A DNA stretch of 64,000 nt from a virus: IMG/VR virus record IMGVR_UViG_3300044801_000208, positions 1-64,000 of that record, one strand, 5' to 3'. The translations under genes and the position numbers were made by a program. The notes below the pieces were generated by a model that worked only from the letters and a program-made list of their open reading frames with translations, was not told the origin of the DNA and did not search any database. Of the stretch, positions 1 through 9,290 are shown in pieces (position 1 is the first letter of the stretch; each line of letters begins with the position of its first letter).

Positions 1-2
1 CA

Positions 3-158
3 ATCGTCGTGGCACAAAACCGGTCTTTCTACTCTACCGATCAGTCGTGGAAGGGCACGTTCTCCACTCTACCTGCGCTTATGGCAATGCTCCAAGGTGC
101 CTTCGACCAAGCTATTCTTAGCTCTGGTTATGTGACAGGTACAGAGGTGGCCGGTTAA
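3..158 (+). CDS. 3' end of a gene truncated by the window edge
   Basis: Open frame IVVAQNRSFY...TEVAG* ending in TAA at 156-158. Confidence 0.55.
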   Translation: MVVAQNRSFYSTDQSWKGTFSTLPALMAMLQGAFDQAILSSGYVTGTEVAG

Positions 159-187
159 CGTCCCGTGAGCGGGAAATCCCTCCATTT

Positions 188-644
188 ATGGGCTACGCGG
201 CGGACTCGGTCGTCAACCAGCCGCCGTCAAACGCCAGCTCCAGCCCCAGCGTGGGGCCGAACGGCTCCCCGATCCCGGCCGACTCCACCCTGGTAGGCTC
301 GGAGGACGCGTCCGGCAACTTGCAGCCCGCCAGCGCGGCGAACCCGCTCCCCGTTGACCACCGTGACATCCGCGACGGGGAACAGCCCCGCCGTGGTCAG
401 CATCCTCCTCACGTCGACCTCGGTCCTGGCGGCCAACACGGCCAGGAAGGGCGTGAACCTCACCAACATATCGTTCGGCACGGTGTCACTCGCCTTCGGT
501 GCCGCAGCTGCCGTTCTCTTTAGGGGGGTCACTTTGGGGCCGGGGGGCACGTTCTGGATGGACGCCACCGACTTCACGACCGCCGCGATCTACGCCATAG
601 CGTCCCAGGCCAACACAGAGATAGCCGTGCAGGAGTTCCAGTAA
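188..644 (+). pseudogene. Ser/Thr/Ala-rich virion-associated-like protein, split by a 1-nt frameshift near 354
   Basis: ORF 188 (...ANPLPV) continues naturally into ORF 354 (TTVTSATGN...EFQ) if one base of CCCGTTGACC is removed. Confidence 0.55.
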
Positions 645-645
645 A

Positions 646-1340
646 ATGCCCGTAAACAATCCGTTCGCCCTGACAGCGGGCATACAATACGTCGACGGGA
701 CAGCGTCAACAGCCACGAGCTTCTCGGGCACCGTGGCGATGTCGACGTCATTGGCGTTAACGCCTCTCTCTTCGTTGGCAAGACTGTTGCGGTCGCTTCG
801 GCTGCTGGCATTCTGAAAGTCGGCATCTCTGGTAACGCGGCGGCTACGCTTGATGCCGTCATCACCGCTGCCACAGCTCCAGCGAACGGTCTCGCTGTGC
901 TGGGTGTCAACAATACCACCACCGCCCCTTCTCTGACGACAGGTCAGTCTGTGGCGCTACAGGTTGACTACGAGGGAAGTCTCTTCGTCAGACCGGGTCG
1001 TCGTAGTCAGACTGTGTCTAAGGCAACAACCTGCACGACCGAAGCGGCAACAACCATTTTGGCGGCACAAGCGGCTGGTATCTTCGCTGATATCACTACG
1101 ATTGTCTTAACGGCCACGGGTGCGACTGCGGCGGCATTCACTGTGACCTTGGGCGACGGAACAGCTGGCTACATTTACGATATGACCACCGGCGCGGCAA
1201 CGAGTACGGGAACGCAAATCAACATCAATTTCCAACCACCCTTGCCAGCAACCTCAGCGGCAACAGCTTGGACGCTGGCTATGAGTTCGGCGACCACAGT
1301 TCACGCAACAGTCGTAGCGGTGCTCCAGAAGTCAAGCTAA
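646..1340 (+). pseudogene. Thr/Ala-rich virion-associated-like protein with a frame switch near 740
   Basis: ATG 646 gives MPVNNPFALTAGIQ...VAM; the sequence then continues in another frame as VDVIGVNASL...LGVNNTTT...QKSS (ORF 897-1340). Confidence 0.5.
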
Positions 1341-1356
1341 CCCCTTTCAGCAATCT

Positions 1357-1554
1357 TTGAATTTTAGAATTATCGGCGGGACGTCAGGCGTCGTCACGTT
1401 CACGTGGACGCCTATGGGCGGAGCCTCGGCCGTGGTCATGAACCTGGAGCCAGGCGGGATCATTTTCTTCTTCGGCCCGGGCGCGGGCATCAGCGCGTTG
1501 TCGGTGTCGTCCACCGTGAACAACACCCTCGTCGACTACGTGCTGGCTGGCTAG
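1357..1554 (+). CDS. small hypothetical protein or fragment (beta-rich, virion-like)
   Basis: ORF with GC-rich coding codon usage, collinear with upstream genes. Confidence 0.45.
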   Translation: MNFRIIGGTSGVVTFTWTPMGGASAVVMNLEPGGIIFFFGPGAGISALSVSSTVNNTLVDYVLAG

Positions 1555-1850
1555 TTCCCCCGCTGCTTCCGCAGCTCGCCTGGGAACTTGAACTTCGGCC
1601 TGGGCACGAGCCCGAACCTCAGGGCTATCACGACCCTGAACTCCTCAAGCGTCAAACACCCCTTCAGGTTGTTGCAGTCCCGGCACGCGTCCACGATGTT
1701 GCTGCGGGCGTTGCTGCCGTTCCTGCTCCTCGGGGTGACGTGGTCTCTCGTCTTTTTCTGGCGGCTTAGAAGCCTGTCGCAGTACCAGCAGCGATACGTT
1801 TTTTGTTTCTTCCGCAAAATGTCTCCGTTTGCGTGTGGCAATTGGGGCAT
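1551..1850 (-). CDS. HNH endonuclease
   Basis: CWYC...TRDHVTPRSRNGSN...CRDCNNLKG; start uncertain. Confidence 0.8.
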   Translation of the reverse strand: MPQLPHANGDILRKKQKTYRCWYCDRLLSRQKKTRDHVTPRSRNGSNARSNIVDACRDCNNLKGCLTLEEFRVVIALRFGLVPRPKFKFPGELRKQRGN

Positions 1851-2287
1851 ATCTTCTGTAGGTTCTCCCAGCGGCAATCTCGGTTGTCGCCGTTCTTGTG
1901 GTCGATTTGGAATTTGAGCGGTTTCCCGTTCCAGACGGGGCCCTGCGGACAGAGCATGCACTGGTCGGGCGTGCGCTCGTAGAAGCGGTCCTTGGCCCGC
2001 CATGTGTGCGGTGAGTTAAGGCGGAAGATTTCCTCGTCGCTCAGGAGGAACTCTGGACGGGGCGTGTAGTGTATGAAATGGTTCGTGTCCAGGCCGAGTT
2101 TCTTCACCCAGCGTTTGACTGTTTGAACCCCGCCCCGCGTGATGCCCAACCTCTCGCAGAGGTCCGTCCATGAGCGGCTGGCTTCAACCTTGACGGGCAG
2201 GGCTTCTTGACTCCATTTCAAAGGTCGTCGGACTGGATTAGATGCGTCACTCGTAGTGCCATCTTCTGCCCTCACCAATGCTCTCAA
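1766..2287 (-). CDS. HNH homing endonuclease
   Basis: QIDHKNGDNRDCRWENLQKICPNCHTQT. Confidence 0.85.
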   Translation of the reverse strand: MRALVRAEDGTTSDASNPVRRPLKWSQEALPVKVEASRSWTDLCERLGITRGGVQTVKRWVKKLGLDTNHFIHYTPRPEFLLSDEEIFRLNSPHTWRAKDRFYERTPDQCMLCPQGPVWNGKPLKFQIDHKNGDNRDCRWENLQKICPNCHTQTETFCGRNKKRIAAGTATGF

Positions 2288-2324
2288 AAATCAGTATTAT
2301 CCATGTATGAATAGAGGTTAGTAT

Positions 2325-2966
2325 ATGGATACTCGCGGGAAACGGCGCTACAAACGACTAAAAGCTACGGGAATGTGCGCGTCTTGCGCAAAAACCCCTG
2401 CCGCGACGGGAAAAACGTTGTGTGAAAAGTGCGTTGAGGCTCATAAAGAATTTTATAAGCAGTCCAAAAAATCCAAGGACTTTCGTCAAAAGCGAGCCGC
2501 GAACTTGAAGGAGTGGGTACGGGATAACCAAGACTATTCTCGGCAAAGAAACCGCTCGTATATCAAGCGTCGCAGGGACGAAGTCTTCACTCGCTATGGC
2601 GGTGAATGTGTGTGCTGCGGGGAGAACGAATTCGTGTTCTTGACGCTCGATCACGTCCACAACGACGGAAAAGAAGAACGAGAAAGGTGGGGCAGTGGAA
2701 CACAATTCTATCGGGCAGTGAAAAAGCGCGGGTACCCTAAGACACTTCAACTTCTATGCCACAACTGCAACCAAGCTATGAGAATAAACGGCTTCTGTCC
2801 GCACCGCCCAGAACAGCCGCGTCGCCATGTGTGGTTTGCCGGGGTATGCAGTAATTGCCGGGCAGCGAAAACAGAAGCGAATGGAGTGTGTGTCCCCCAG
2901 GAATTCACACCTAAACGCCATGACACTAGGTGCCTGTGCCTAGAGTGTGAATCGCAGAGAGATTAG
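2325..2966 (+). CDS. HNH-like homing endonuclease with Zn-finger extensions
   Basis: CVCCGE...LTLDHVHNDG...LQLLCHNCN; AT-rich. Confidence 0.8.
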   Translation: MDTRGKRRYKRLKATGMCASCAKTPAATGKTLCEKCVEAHKEFYKQSKKSKDFRQKRAANLKEWVRDNQDYSRQRNRSYIKRRRDEVFTRYGGECVCCGENEFVFLTLDHVHNDGKEERERWGSGTQFYRAVKKRGYPKTLQLLCHNCNQAMRINGFCPHRPEQPRRHVWFAGVCSNCRAAKTEANGVCVPQEFTPKRHDTRCLCLECESQRD

Positions 2967-3163
2967 AGGCGGAATGTGACGTAGTCGTTGTACCCCTCGT
3001 GCGGGTCGAGCTCGTGCAGGGTAGGCCACTTCGAGCCGTTCTTCGCTAAGTGCTGCTTCACGCGAGCGTCGGAGTGCTGCACATGCGCGACATCCAGCGA
3101 GCACGCGTCTCCCGTGACCGGGTGGGTCTCGGCGCAGGGGACAAATCCCTGTTCAGTTGCCAT
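2963..3163 (-). CDS. hypothetical protein
   Basis: MATEQGF... preceded by RBS AAAGGAG and a CAGTATTA motif. Confidence 0.6.
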   Translation of the reverse strand: MATEQGFVPCAETHPVTGDACSLDVAHVQHSDARVKQHLAKNGSKWPTLHELDPHEGYNDYVTFRL

Positions 3164-3363
3164 GTGAGGTCTCCTTTCGTAGATTCTGCTTCTATAATAC
3201 TGCGGGAATTGGGTTTGCCGCAAGGAGTTTGCGGAGGCGGTATCGTCAGAGCTCGTCCGCCAGGTCCATGGAGCAGGAGTCGTAGATGTAGGGTCCGGGC
3301 GCTTCCGCACGTCGGCCTTGAGCTCCTTGCACCGCTCGCAACGCTTGCGCCGCTTGGCCCTCT

Positions 3364-3567
3364 TCATATCTTGATTTTGTTCGGGAGCTTCGTCACGAAG
3401 TCAGCGAAGATGCCGCGCACGGCCACCTCGTCCAGCTCGGGCACGCCCTGCGGGCGGTCGTTGTTCAGCTCCACGGCGATCTCCTTCTTGGCCTTGGCGA
3501 GGACGGCCCCGCAGTTGTCCTCCAGCTCGATCAGCATGACTATGGTCCTCGGCTTGCGATCCTTCAT
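3364..3567 (-). CDS. hypothetical protein
   Basis: ORF with RBS GAGGTGAAGG and coding codon bias. Confidence 0.6.
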   Translation of the reverse strand: MKDRKPRTIVMLIELEDNCGAVLAKAKKEIAVELNNDRPQGVPELDEVAVRGIFADFVTKLPNKIKI

Positions 3568-3570
3568 CCT

Positions 3571-3825
3571 TCACCTCACGTAAGTGCTCATACCGCCGTT
3601 CACTGAAGCGTCTACCACGCACTGCCAGCGCCCGCCCGCCTCCACGTACTCGACGGTGGCGAGCTCGCTGTACCAGTTCCCTTTGGCGTCCTGCTTCAGC
3701 GCCTCCGGACCCCATTTGATGAACTTGATGGGGTACACCCACCCGGTCATCATGCGCCGCCAGTCGTACCCCTCGTAGCTCCTGCGCCAGTCCCCCTCCG
3801 GGTACTGGCTTGGCGGGTACTTCAT
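3571..3825 (-). CDS. hypothetical protein
   Basis: MKYPPSQYP... overlapping the stop of the upstream ORF. Confidence 0.55.
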   Translation of the reverse strand: MKYPPSQYPEGDWRRSYEGYDWRRMMTGWVYPIKFIKWGPEALKQDAKGNWYSELATVEYVEAGGRWQCVVDASVNGGMSTYVR

Positions 3826-4094
3826 TGCCGCATCGGCTGCTGCAACGCGCTCGTGATTATCGGCGTCCTGTGCTCGAACACCGGGTCCTTCTCCTCGTCC
3901 GGCTTCACGCCGTTGTCCTGGTCGTCCCCCTGCGGCTGGGGCACGACCGTGACCGTCGGGGCAGGCACGGGGATGTAGAAGGTCTGCTCGATGGTGATCT
4001 CCGGGGCCTTGGCCTCGGCGACCGGGCACGGCGGCGGGGCGGCGGCGAAGGAGAACTCGTTGAGCGCGACGCTGAGCCTGACTCCGTCTCTCAT
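3822..4094 (-). CDS. hypothetical protein
   Basis: ORF in the minus-strand run with coupled start/stop. Confidence 0.5.
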   Translation of the reverse strand: MRDGVRLSVALNEFSFAAAPPPCPVAEAKAPEITIEQTFYIPVPAPTVTVVPQPQGDDQDNGVKPDEEKDPVFEHRTPIITSALQQPMRQ

Positions 4095-4249
4095 CCCTCT
4101 ATCCTATCACGGCGCGGCTTGGTGCCTTGTCCTGAATTTTCACTTTCCAGCCGTTGTCCTGGCAGAAGCCCCTGACCGTGTCCTCGCTGACGTTGGTGAA
4201 GAGGCCCAGTGGTTCTCGTCACCCTCGAAAATCTCCCCGTCCTCCACGA

Positions 4250-4426
4250 TTATCCACATGCTGGGTCCTTCGGCAGCCCGCAGTCCTTGCACCTGCCCGC
4301 GTCCCAGCGGTGGGAGCATTCTTTACTCCGGCGCTCCAGGAAGACGCTGTGCGGCACAAGCTCGGCGTCGATGTAGTACTTCATCCCGTCCGGGGATTTG
4401 TCGATGTAGAAATCCTTGTGCGCCAT
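4250..4426 (-). CDS. small Cys/His-rich hypothetical protein
   Basis: MAHKDF... after RBS AGGAGG; CSHRW...CKDC. Confidence 0.55.
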   Translation of the reverse strand: MAHKDFYIDKSPDGMKYYIDAELVPHSVFLERRSKECSHRWDAGRCKDCGLPKDPACG

Positions 4427-4451
4427 GCTTCGGCGGCTACCTCCTTGTATT

Positions 4452-4949
4452 TCATACTTTCCCAAAATTTGTAAGCGCAAATTCACCGAAATATAAACGA
4501 GCGGCGGCGTCGTATACTAAAGCAGCTTCACATTCAGTCCCAAACAGACCCAAATGCTTGCGTTTCCCGTTCATCCCGATCTGGGCTACCCATCTGCCCG
4601 AAGCCTTATGAAAACTCACCCCTTTGTATGAACTCGTTCCGCCTGAGCGCACACGCTGATTCCCTTGGTTCCCTTTCTTAACTGTGACTCTAAGGTTGTG
4701 TTTTTGACAGTTCAACCCGTTATGATCTTCGTGATCTACTTCTACAGCCGGATCAGTGACCCCCTTCACGAAGCGGTGCAAATTTATGCACACTGTTTTG
4801 TTGTCTTTTCGTTTTCCGACCCTGACGGTGCGACTTGCGTATACGGTATTTTTATCTATCCTAGCGATCCACCTGTACTGAGACACGGCGACGTAATCTT
4901 CATCGTCGATGAAAGCAACGTAGCCCTTTGTGAGAGGAATCTCTTTCAC
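4452..4949 (-). CDS. HNH-AP2 domain homing endonuclease
   Basis: IPLTKGYVAFIDDED, VDHEDHNGLNCQKHNLR, AP2 motif YKGV...W.AQI...LGLF...EAALVYD.AA; GTG start overlaps upstream TGA. Confidence 0.9.
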   Translation of the reverse strand: MKEIPLTKGYVAFIDDEDYVAVSQYRWIARIDKNTVYASRTVRVGKRKDNKTVCINLHRFVKGVTDPAVEVDHEDHNGLNCQKHNLRVTVKKGNQGNQRVRSGGTSSYKGVSFHKASGRWVAQIGMNGKRKHLGLFGTECEAALVYDAAARLYFGEFALTNFGKV

Positions 4950-5689
4950 GGTCTCTCTATAGACGGAAACTCGGGAATTGGCAAAACAATTTTCGGTGGG
5001 TAGGGATAATCCCCCGTCACAACTATATGAAAACATGAACCATTAAGAAGCTCCTCTTCCGCTATGACCATCCCGAGGTCCGACAGGTACTTCAGCTTCC
5101 TCTGGATGAACCTCACCTGCGCGAGCGTCAGGCCGCGCCTCTGGAGGTCCACCGCCACGCCCGCGAGGTGCGCGGACGCCGTCTCCCCGTGGACCGGGGC
5201 GGCGTTGTGGTTCCAGCGGCGGAGCCAGGTCTGCGTCCTCTCCGTGCGGACGGCGGAGTTCACCTGGATCGGCTCCCCGAACTCGGCGTAGTACTCGCCG
5301 CCGAGCTCCTCAAGGAACGCGTTCACGAACGGCCGCACGTAGCGCCGCTTCGCCTCCAGCCTGGGGCTGACGCGGACGCCCTCGCCGCCCGTGATGGGCA
5401 CCAGCTCTTCCTCGCGCACCAGGGACTTCAGGACCCTGTCGTCGCGGATGCGCGGCAGGCCCATCTCGTCGATCGCGGCGTTCTGGGCGAGCAGGTTCTC
5501 GTGGGACGGCACGAAGACGCGGCGCTCCCACCACTTGGGCTGCCTCGGACGCCTGTGCCTCCGCGACACCGTCTGGTACCTCGCGGTGACACAGTGGGCG
5601 GGCGGGGCGAGCAGCGCGATGCCGACGAGGATCGCGGCGATGCCGATGGCGGCGTTCGCCCTGCTGAGTCCTGGGGGCGTCTGGATCAT
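4946..5689 (-). CDS. DUF5715-like / peptidase M15-fold cell-wall hydrolase
   Basis: N-terminal signal/TM segment; VNSAVRT...N.NAAP...SAHLAG.AVD...FHI zinc peptidase motifs. Confidence 0.7.
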   Translation of the reverse strand: MIQTPPGLSRANAAIGIAAILVGIALLAPPAHCVTARYQTVSRRHRRPRQPKWWERRVFVPSHENLLAQNAAIDEMGLPRIRDDRVLKSLVREEELVPITGGEGVRVSPRLEAKRRYVRPFVNAFLEELGGEYYAEFGEPIQVNSAVRTERTQTWLRRWNHNAAPVHGETASAHLAGVAVDLQRRGLTLAQVRFIQRKLKYLSDLGMVIAEEELLNGSCFHIVVTGDYPYPPKIVLPIPEFPSIERP

Positions 5690-5958
5690 TTGAGCTTGTT
5701 CTTGAGGACGTACTCGGCGACTTCCTCGGGCGTCAGCCTGCTGTCCGCCGTGCCGTTGTTGACCCCCGTGCGGCTCCCGGCGGGGCGTCCCGTAACCTGG
5801 TCGATCCGCAGGAGGTGCCGCTTGCGGCTGGGGGTTATGATGCCGACGGTGTAGGTCCCGACGAGGTAGCGGTACTTCAGCGTGCCGATCTCTATGTGGT
5901 ACATTCGTCGCCTCTGTCCTTTAGATGCCGCCCCGAGGTGCAAAGGGGTCTTTTTCAT
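5686..5958 (-). CDS. hypothetical protein
   Basis: ORF coupled to the next gene. Confidence 0.5.
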   Translation of the reverse strand: MKKTPLHLGAASKGQRRRMYHIEIGTLKYRYLVGTYTVGIITPSRKRHLLRIDQVTGRPAGSRTGVNNGTADSRLTPEEVAEYVLKNKLK

Positions 5959-6048
5959 TCTATCACACCTGGAATGCTACTGTTTTCAACGGGTTGCGCC
6001 CAGACGATTCCGCCAGAGGGGCCGTATACTACACAAGGAGGGAACGAC

Positions 6049-6876
6049 ATGGCGCAGGGACGCATGACAGACCCGAAGGCGATACTGTCCTTCATGACCG
6101 CTGGCAAGGCGACGATCACCCTCGTCGGCAAGCAGGAGCGGTTCACCTACAAGGTCAGCGCCGCCCCGAAGCGCAAGCCGACCGACCCCGACACCTGGTT
6201 CGTGAGCCTCCTGAACGGCCCCGACAACTACCTGAACTACGCCTACATCGGCATCCTCCAGCGCGGCGAGGACGGCAGGCTGTTCTTCAAGTGGACCTCC
6301 AAGGCCCGCGTGGGCGAGACCGCCCTGTCCGTGCGCGGCTTCAAGTGGGCGATCGTCTACTTCGCGGACAACCGCTTCCCCAAGAACCTAGAAGTCTACC
6401 ACGAGGGCAGGTGCGGCCGCTGCGGTCGCAAGCTCACCGTGCCTGAGTCCATCACGAGCGGCTTCGGCCCCGAGTGCATCGGGCTGGTCGGCCCCGTGAT
6501 CGGCCTTGAGGAGGAGAAGGACAACGCAGAGGAGCGGGGCTTGCACTTCGACCCGCAGGTGTACCTCGGCGGCGAGGCGACACCCGTGCTTTTCAAACTC
6601 AACGACTTCGGCTTTCGCGGCGCTCACGACACCAAGGCGGTCAAGGCGATCGGCGGGTACGCCGCCGCACGCGCCCTGTACGCGCCAGCCAAGAAGATCA
6701 CGAACGTCACGGGCATGGACGCCGAGATTCGCCGCCGCGTCGCGGAGTACAAGGCGGAAGCGCCCGAGAACTACTGGCAGGACGGCGAGCTCCGCACCGA
6801 GCGCGAGGCGTTCAGCGTCGCCTACAACAAGTTCCGCGAGGAAGTCCAGGCGGAGATGAACGGGGGCCGACGATGA
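6049..6876 (+). CDS. DUF6011-domain protein
   Basis: HEGRCGRCGRKLTVPESITSGFGPEC motif; RBS AAGGAGG. Confidence 0.8.
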   Translation: MAQGRMTDPKAILSFMTAGKATITLVGKQERFTYKVSAAPKRKPTDPDTWFVSLLNGPDNYLNYAYIGILQRGEDGRLFFKWTSKARVGETALSVRGFKWAIVYFADNRFPKNLEVYHEGRCGRCGRKLTVPESITSGFGPECIGLVGPVIGLEEEKDNAEERGLHFDPQVYLGGEATPVLFKLNDFGFRGAHDTKAVKAIGGYAAARALYAPAKKITNVTGMDAEIRRRVAEYKAEAPENYWQDGELRTEREAFSVAYNKFREEVQAEMNGGRR

Positions 6877-7125
6877 GGGTCGGACTTCATCAACGAGGTC
6901 GCCCTGATGTACGACGTAGAAGTGCTGGTCGACCTGGGCGGCGACGAACTGCGAATCACGGTCGCGCTCGGCGCGAGCGCCGAGGACGGGACGCGCACGG
7001 TGATGACCCCGTGGTTCCCCACGGAGGACGGGCTCGACGAGTTCTGCGAGCGGCACATTGGCCGCTTCCAGTTCAAGGTGGTCGCGGAAGGACTGCCGGA
7101 CGCTACGGAATGGGAGGCTGTATGA
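6873..7125 (+). CDS. hypothetical protein (probable 1-nt frameshift near 6878; in-frame ORF from 6907)
   Basis: ATG AGG (G) TCG GAC TTC... restores MRSDFINEVALMYDV... Confidence 0.5.
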
Positions 7126-7484
7126 GACTGATGATCGGACGTCTGCAAACTAACGCGCGGGAGTACCCCAGGTTCACGGCATTGGTCGCCTCAATCTACG
7201 GCGGCGCAGCGGTCCTAGCGGCTATCGCAGCCCTCGCCTGCTCGAACTCGCTCCGCAGTGTCCTGCAATGGGCTGGCGTCGCCATCCTAGCGGTGCTCGC
7301 GCTCGACATCTTGACCTACATCTGGGTCGTAGCGGACGCGGGACGCACTGACCGGTTCGTAGAGTTAGTCGACGACTTCGAAGGCAAGCGCAACGGTGAC
7401 GAGTGCCCCGACTGCGGCAGCGACGAGTGCCAATGTCCGCCAGAAGAGGAAGAGGAGTACAACGACGAGGACAGGAGCCTATAG
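7122..7484 (+). CDS. membrane protein with C-terminal Cys/acidic tail
   Basis: Two hydrophobic segments; CPDCGSDECQC. Confidence 0.55.
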   Translation: MRLMIGRLQTNAREYPRFTALVASIYGGAAVLAAIAALACSNSLRSVLQWAGVAILAVLALDILTYIWVVADAGRTDRFVELVDDFEGKRNGDECPDCGSDECQCPPEEEEEYNDEDRSL

Positions 7485-7494
7485 GAGGACCCCC

Positions 7495-7650
7495 ATGCTC
7501 AAGCACCTGATACAGAACGAGGAGGGACAAGACGTCGCGGAGTACGCGGTGATGCTTGCCGTGATGCTGGTCATCGTGATCGGCGTCGTCCGCCTCATCG
7601 GCAGCAACGCGAGCAATGTGTTCAGCGAGATAGGGAGCAAGATTCAATGA
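7495..7650 (+). CDS. flp: Flp family type IVb pilin
   Basis: EEG|QDVAEYAVMLAVMLVIVIG prepilin cleavage and Flp EY motif; 51 aa; RBS AGGAGG. Confidence 0.85.
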   Translation: MLKHLIQNEEGQDVAEYAVMLAVMLVIVIGVVRLIGSNASNVFSEIGSKIQ

Positions 7651-7976
7651 ACCGCAACGGCGTGGAGTTTGCAAGCGCGAAGCGCGGCGAGAACAGGGAC
7701 TGAACATGGGCGGAGCTGGCCGTTGATCACGTCGGTCTCCACGACTTTCGCGGCCCTGACGGGCGCGGCGGACGGCGGGGGAGGCGGGGGCGGGGGAGGC
7801 GGGGGAGCGACCAGGTAGGTCATGAGCTGCGCCGCCGGGAGCGTGTCGGTGTAGTACAGCGGGATCAGCAGGGCGACGCCGAGGAGCGCCGCCTCGATGA
7901 GGAAGGCGACCCCAGTGTACCGACCGCGCTTGTCCTTGAGCCTGCCGCCAGACTCCAAAAGGCTGTCTTCGAACAT
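7644..7976 (-). pseudogene. TonB-family energy transducer N-terminal fragment (no TonB C-terminal domain)
   Basis: MFEDSLLESGG..., TM helix, then poly-Pro linker; frame degenerates after INGQLR. Confidence 0.65.
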
Positions 7977-7992
7977 GGGCTTTACCCCTATC

Positions 7993-8367
7993 TTAGTGCC
8001 CCGTATTAGGTTCCTCGTCCTTCCAGAGCTCGGCCAACTCGGCCGTGATCTCGCGCCTGCCCTCGCGCCGCTCGAACTCCTTCTGCGCGTGCTCCGAGTG
8101 CGGGTGCTGGAACTCCCTGGCCTCCGGCGGCAGGACGGTGCAGAGGGTGCTGCGCTGCTTGTCGTACACGACATTAAGGGACCTGTCCTGGAAGTCCACC
8201 CGCCACAGCGAGCGGTTGTTGGACTGCTTGGCCACGAACTCCGCCTGGTTCGTCTGAATCTTCTGGACGATCTCGCGCCTCGCGTCCTTGTTCAGGGCGA
8301 GGTCGTACCGCTCGGCCGCCCTCTTCTTAGCGTGGGCGTTCAAAATTTTGCTAGTTTTCTTAGTCAT
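7993..8367 (-). CDS. hypothetical protein
   Basis: HAKKRAAERY...VVYDK...TVLP; RBS AAGGAG. Confidence 0.65.
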   Translation of the reverse strand: MTKKTSKILNAHAKKRAAERYDLALNKDARREIVQKIQTNQAEFVAKQSNNRSLWRVDFQDRSLNVVYDKQRSTLCTVLPPEAREFQHPHSEHAQKEFERREGRREITAELAELWKDEEPNTGH

Positions 8368-8402
8368 GGGCGGTACTCCTTCGCTGTGCCCAAAATAGTT
8401 TT

Positions 8403-8705
8403 CTAGCCTTGCTGATTCTGTCTCGTGCCTCCTTGGTATGCTTGTACCCGAGGCCCTTTTTGTTGCCCGTCTGCGCCTTGCTCATCCTGCGACGTGTCTC
8501 TAGTGTTAACACCGAACATGTCGCCGTTTGCGTAAAGATGCTCGATCGCCGCGTCGATCGGGTCGGGCTTGGGGACGGGGTGCAGGTCTATGGGGGTGTC
8601 ATACAGGTCGATCGCGTTGATGGGCTTGTCCGCCGCGACCGCCGCGTCGTAGTCACGCCAGCCCCGCTGAATAGCCTCCCTGGACATCGGTTCCTGGTCA
8701 GCCAC
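8403..8705 (-). CDS. hypothetical protein
   Basis: GTG start overlapping the end of the upstream ORF. Confidence 0.4.
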   Translation of the reverse strand: MADQEPMSREAIQRGWRDYDAAVAADKPINAIDLYDTPIDLHPVPKPDPIDAAIEHLYANGDMFGVNTRDTSQDEQGADGQQKGPRVQAYQGGTRQNQQG

Positions 8706-8946
8706 GCTTGCCCACCGCCTTCCCCGCGAAAAACGCCCTCTTGGCCACGTCGTAGTTGTTGCGGCATGTGCCGCAGCGGTCGCTCCAGGAGAGCGGCCAG
8801 TCCGTCTCCGTCGGCTCCTCGCACCCACTGCCGAACATCATGTTCACGCCCCTGTGGAGGCCGCAGTAGGCAATCCCCTCAAGGAGCGCGTTGCGCTTCT
8901 CCATCAGCTTGATGATCCTCTTGGATGTCGCCTTCTTGGCCTTCAT
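8698..8946 (-). CDS. hypothetical Cys-rich protein
   Basis: Coupled ORF. Confidence 0.55.
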   Translation of the reverse strand: MKAKKATSKRIIKLMEKRNALLEGIAYCGLHRGVNMMFGSGCEEPTETDWPLSWSDRCGTCRNNYDVAKRAFFAGKAVGKRG

Positions 8947-9266
8947 TGGTCCTCGCCTGTGTCAGGGTTCGCGGGCTTCGGGGACTGGTTCTTGCGGCGG
9001 ACCTTCCCGCCCTCGAACTCGACCCCGGCAAACATGGTGGAGTTCTTCCGTGCTGGCTTGGTCTTCTTGACAGCTTTGCCGATGCTGGCCTCGCGGCCCT
9101 GCTTGAGGTTGCGGCGCTCATTGCGACGGCTGAGGAGCTTCCAGTCGGCCCTGCCGAGCTGGCCGTTCTTGCCCTCGCCGCCGCATCCCATGGCTGGGAC
9201 GGGGCGCTCGTTCTGGCGCTTGTTCTTGTCGTTGGGGTCGCGGTGGTGGTTGACTTGGTTGCTCAT
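8943..9266 (-). CDS. basic hypothetical protein
   Basis: ORF downstream of an extended -10 (TGcTATAAT, 9281-9289). Confidence 0.55.
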   Translation of the reverse strand: MSNQVNHHRDPNDKNKRQNERPVPAMGCGGEGKNGQLGRADWKLLSRRNERRNLKQGREASIGKAVKKTKPARKNSTMFAGVEFEGGKVRRKNQSPKPANPDTGEDQ

Positions 9267-9290
9267 CGACTTATCAGCCGATTATAGCAC

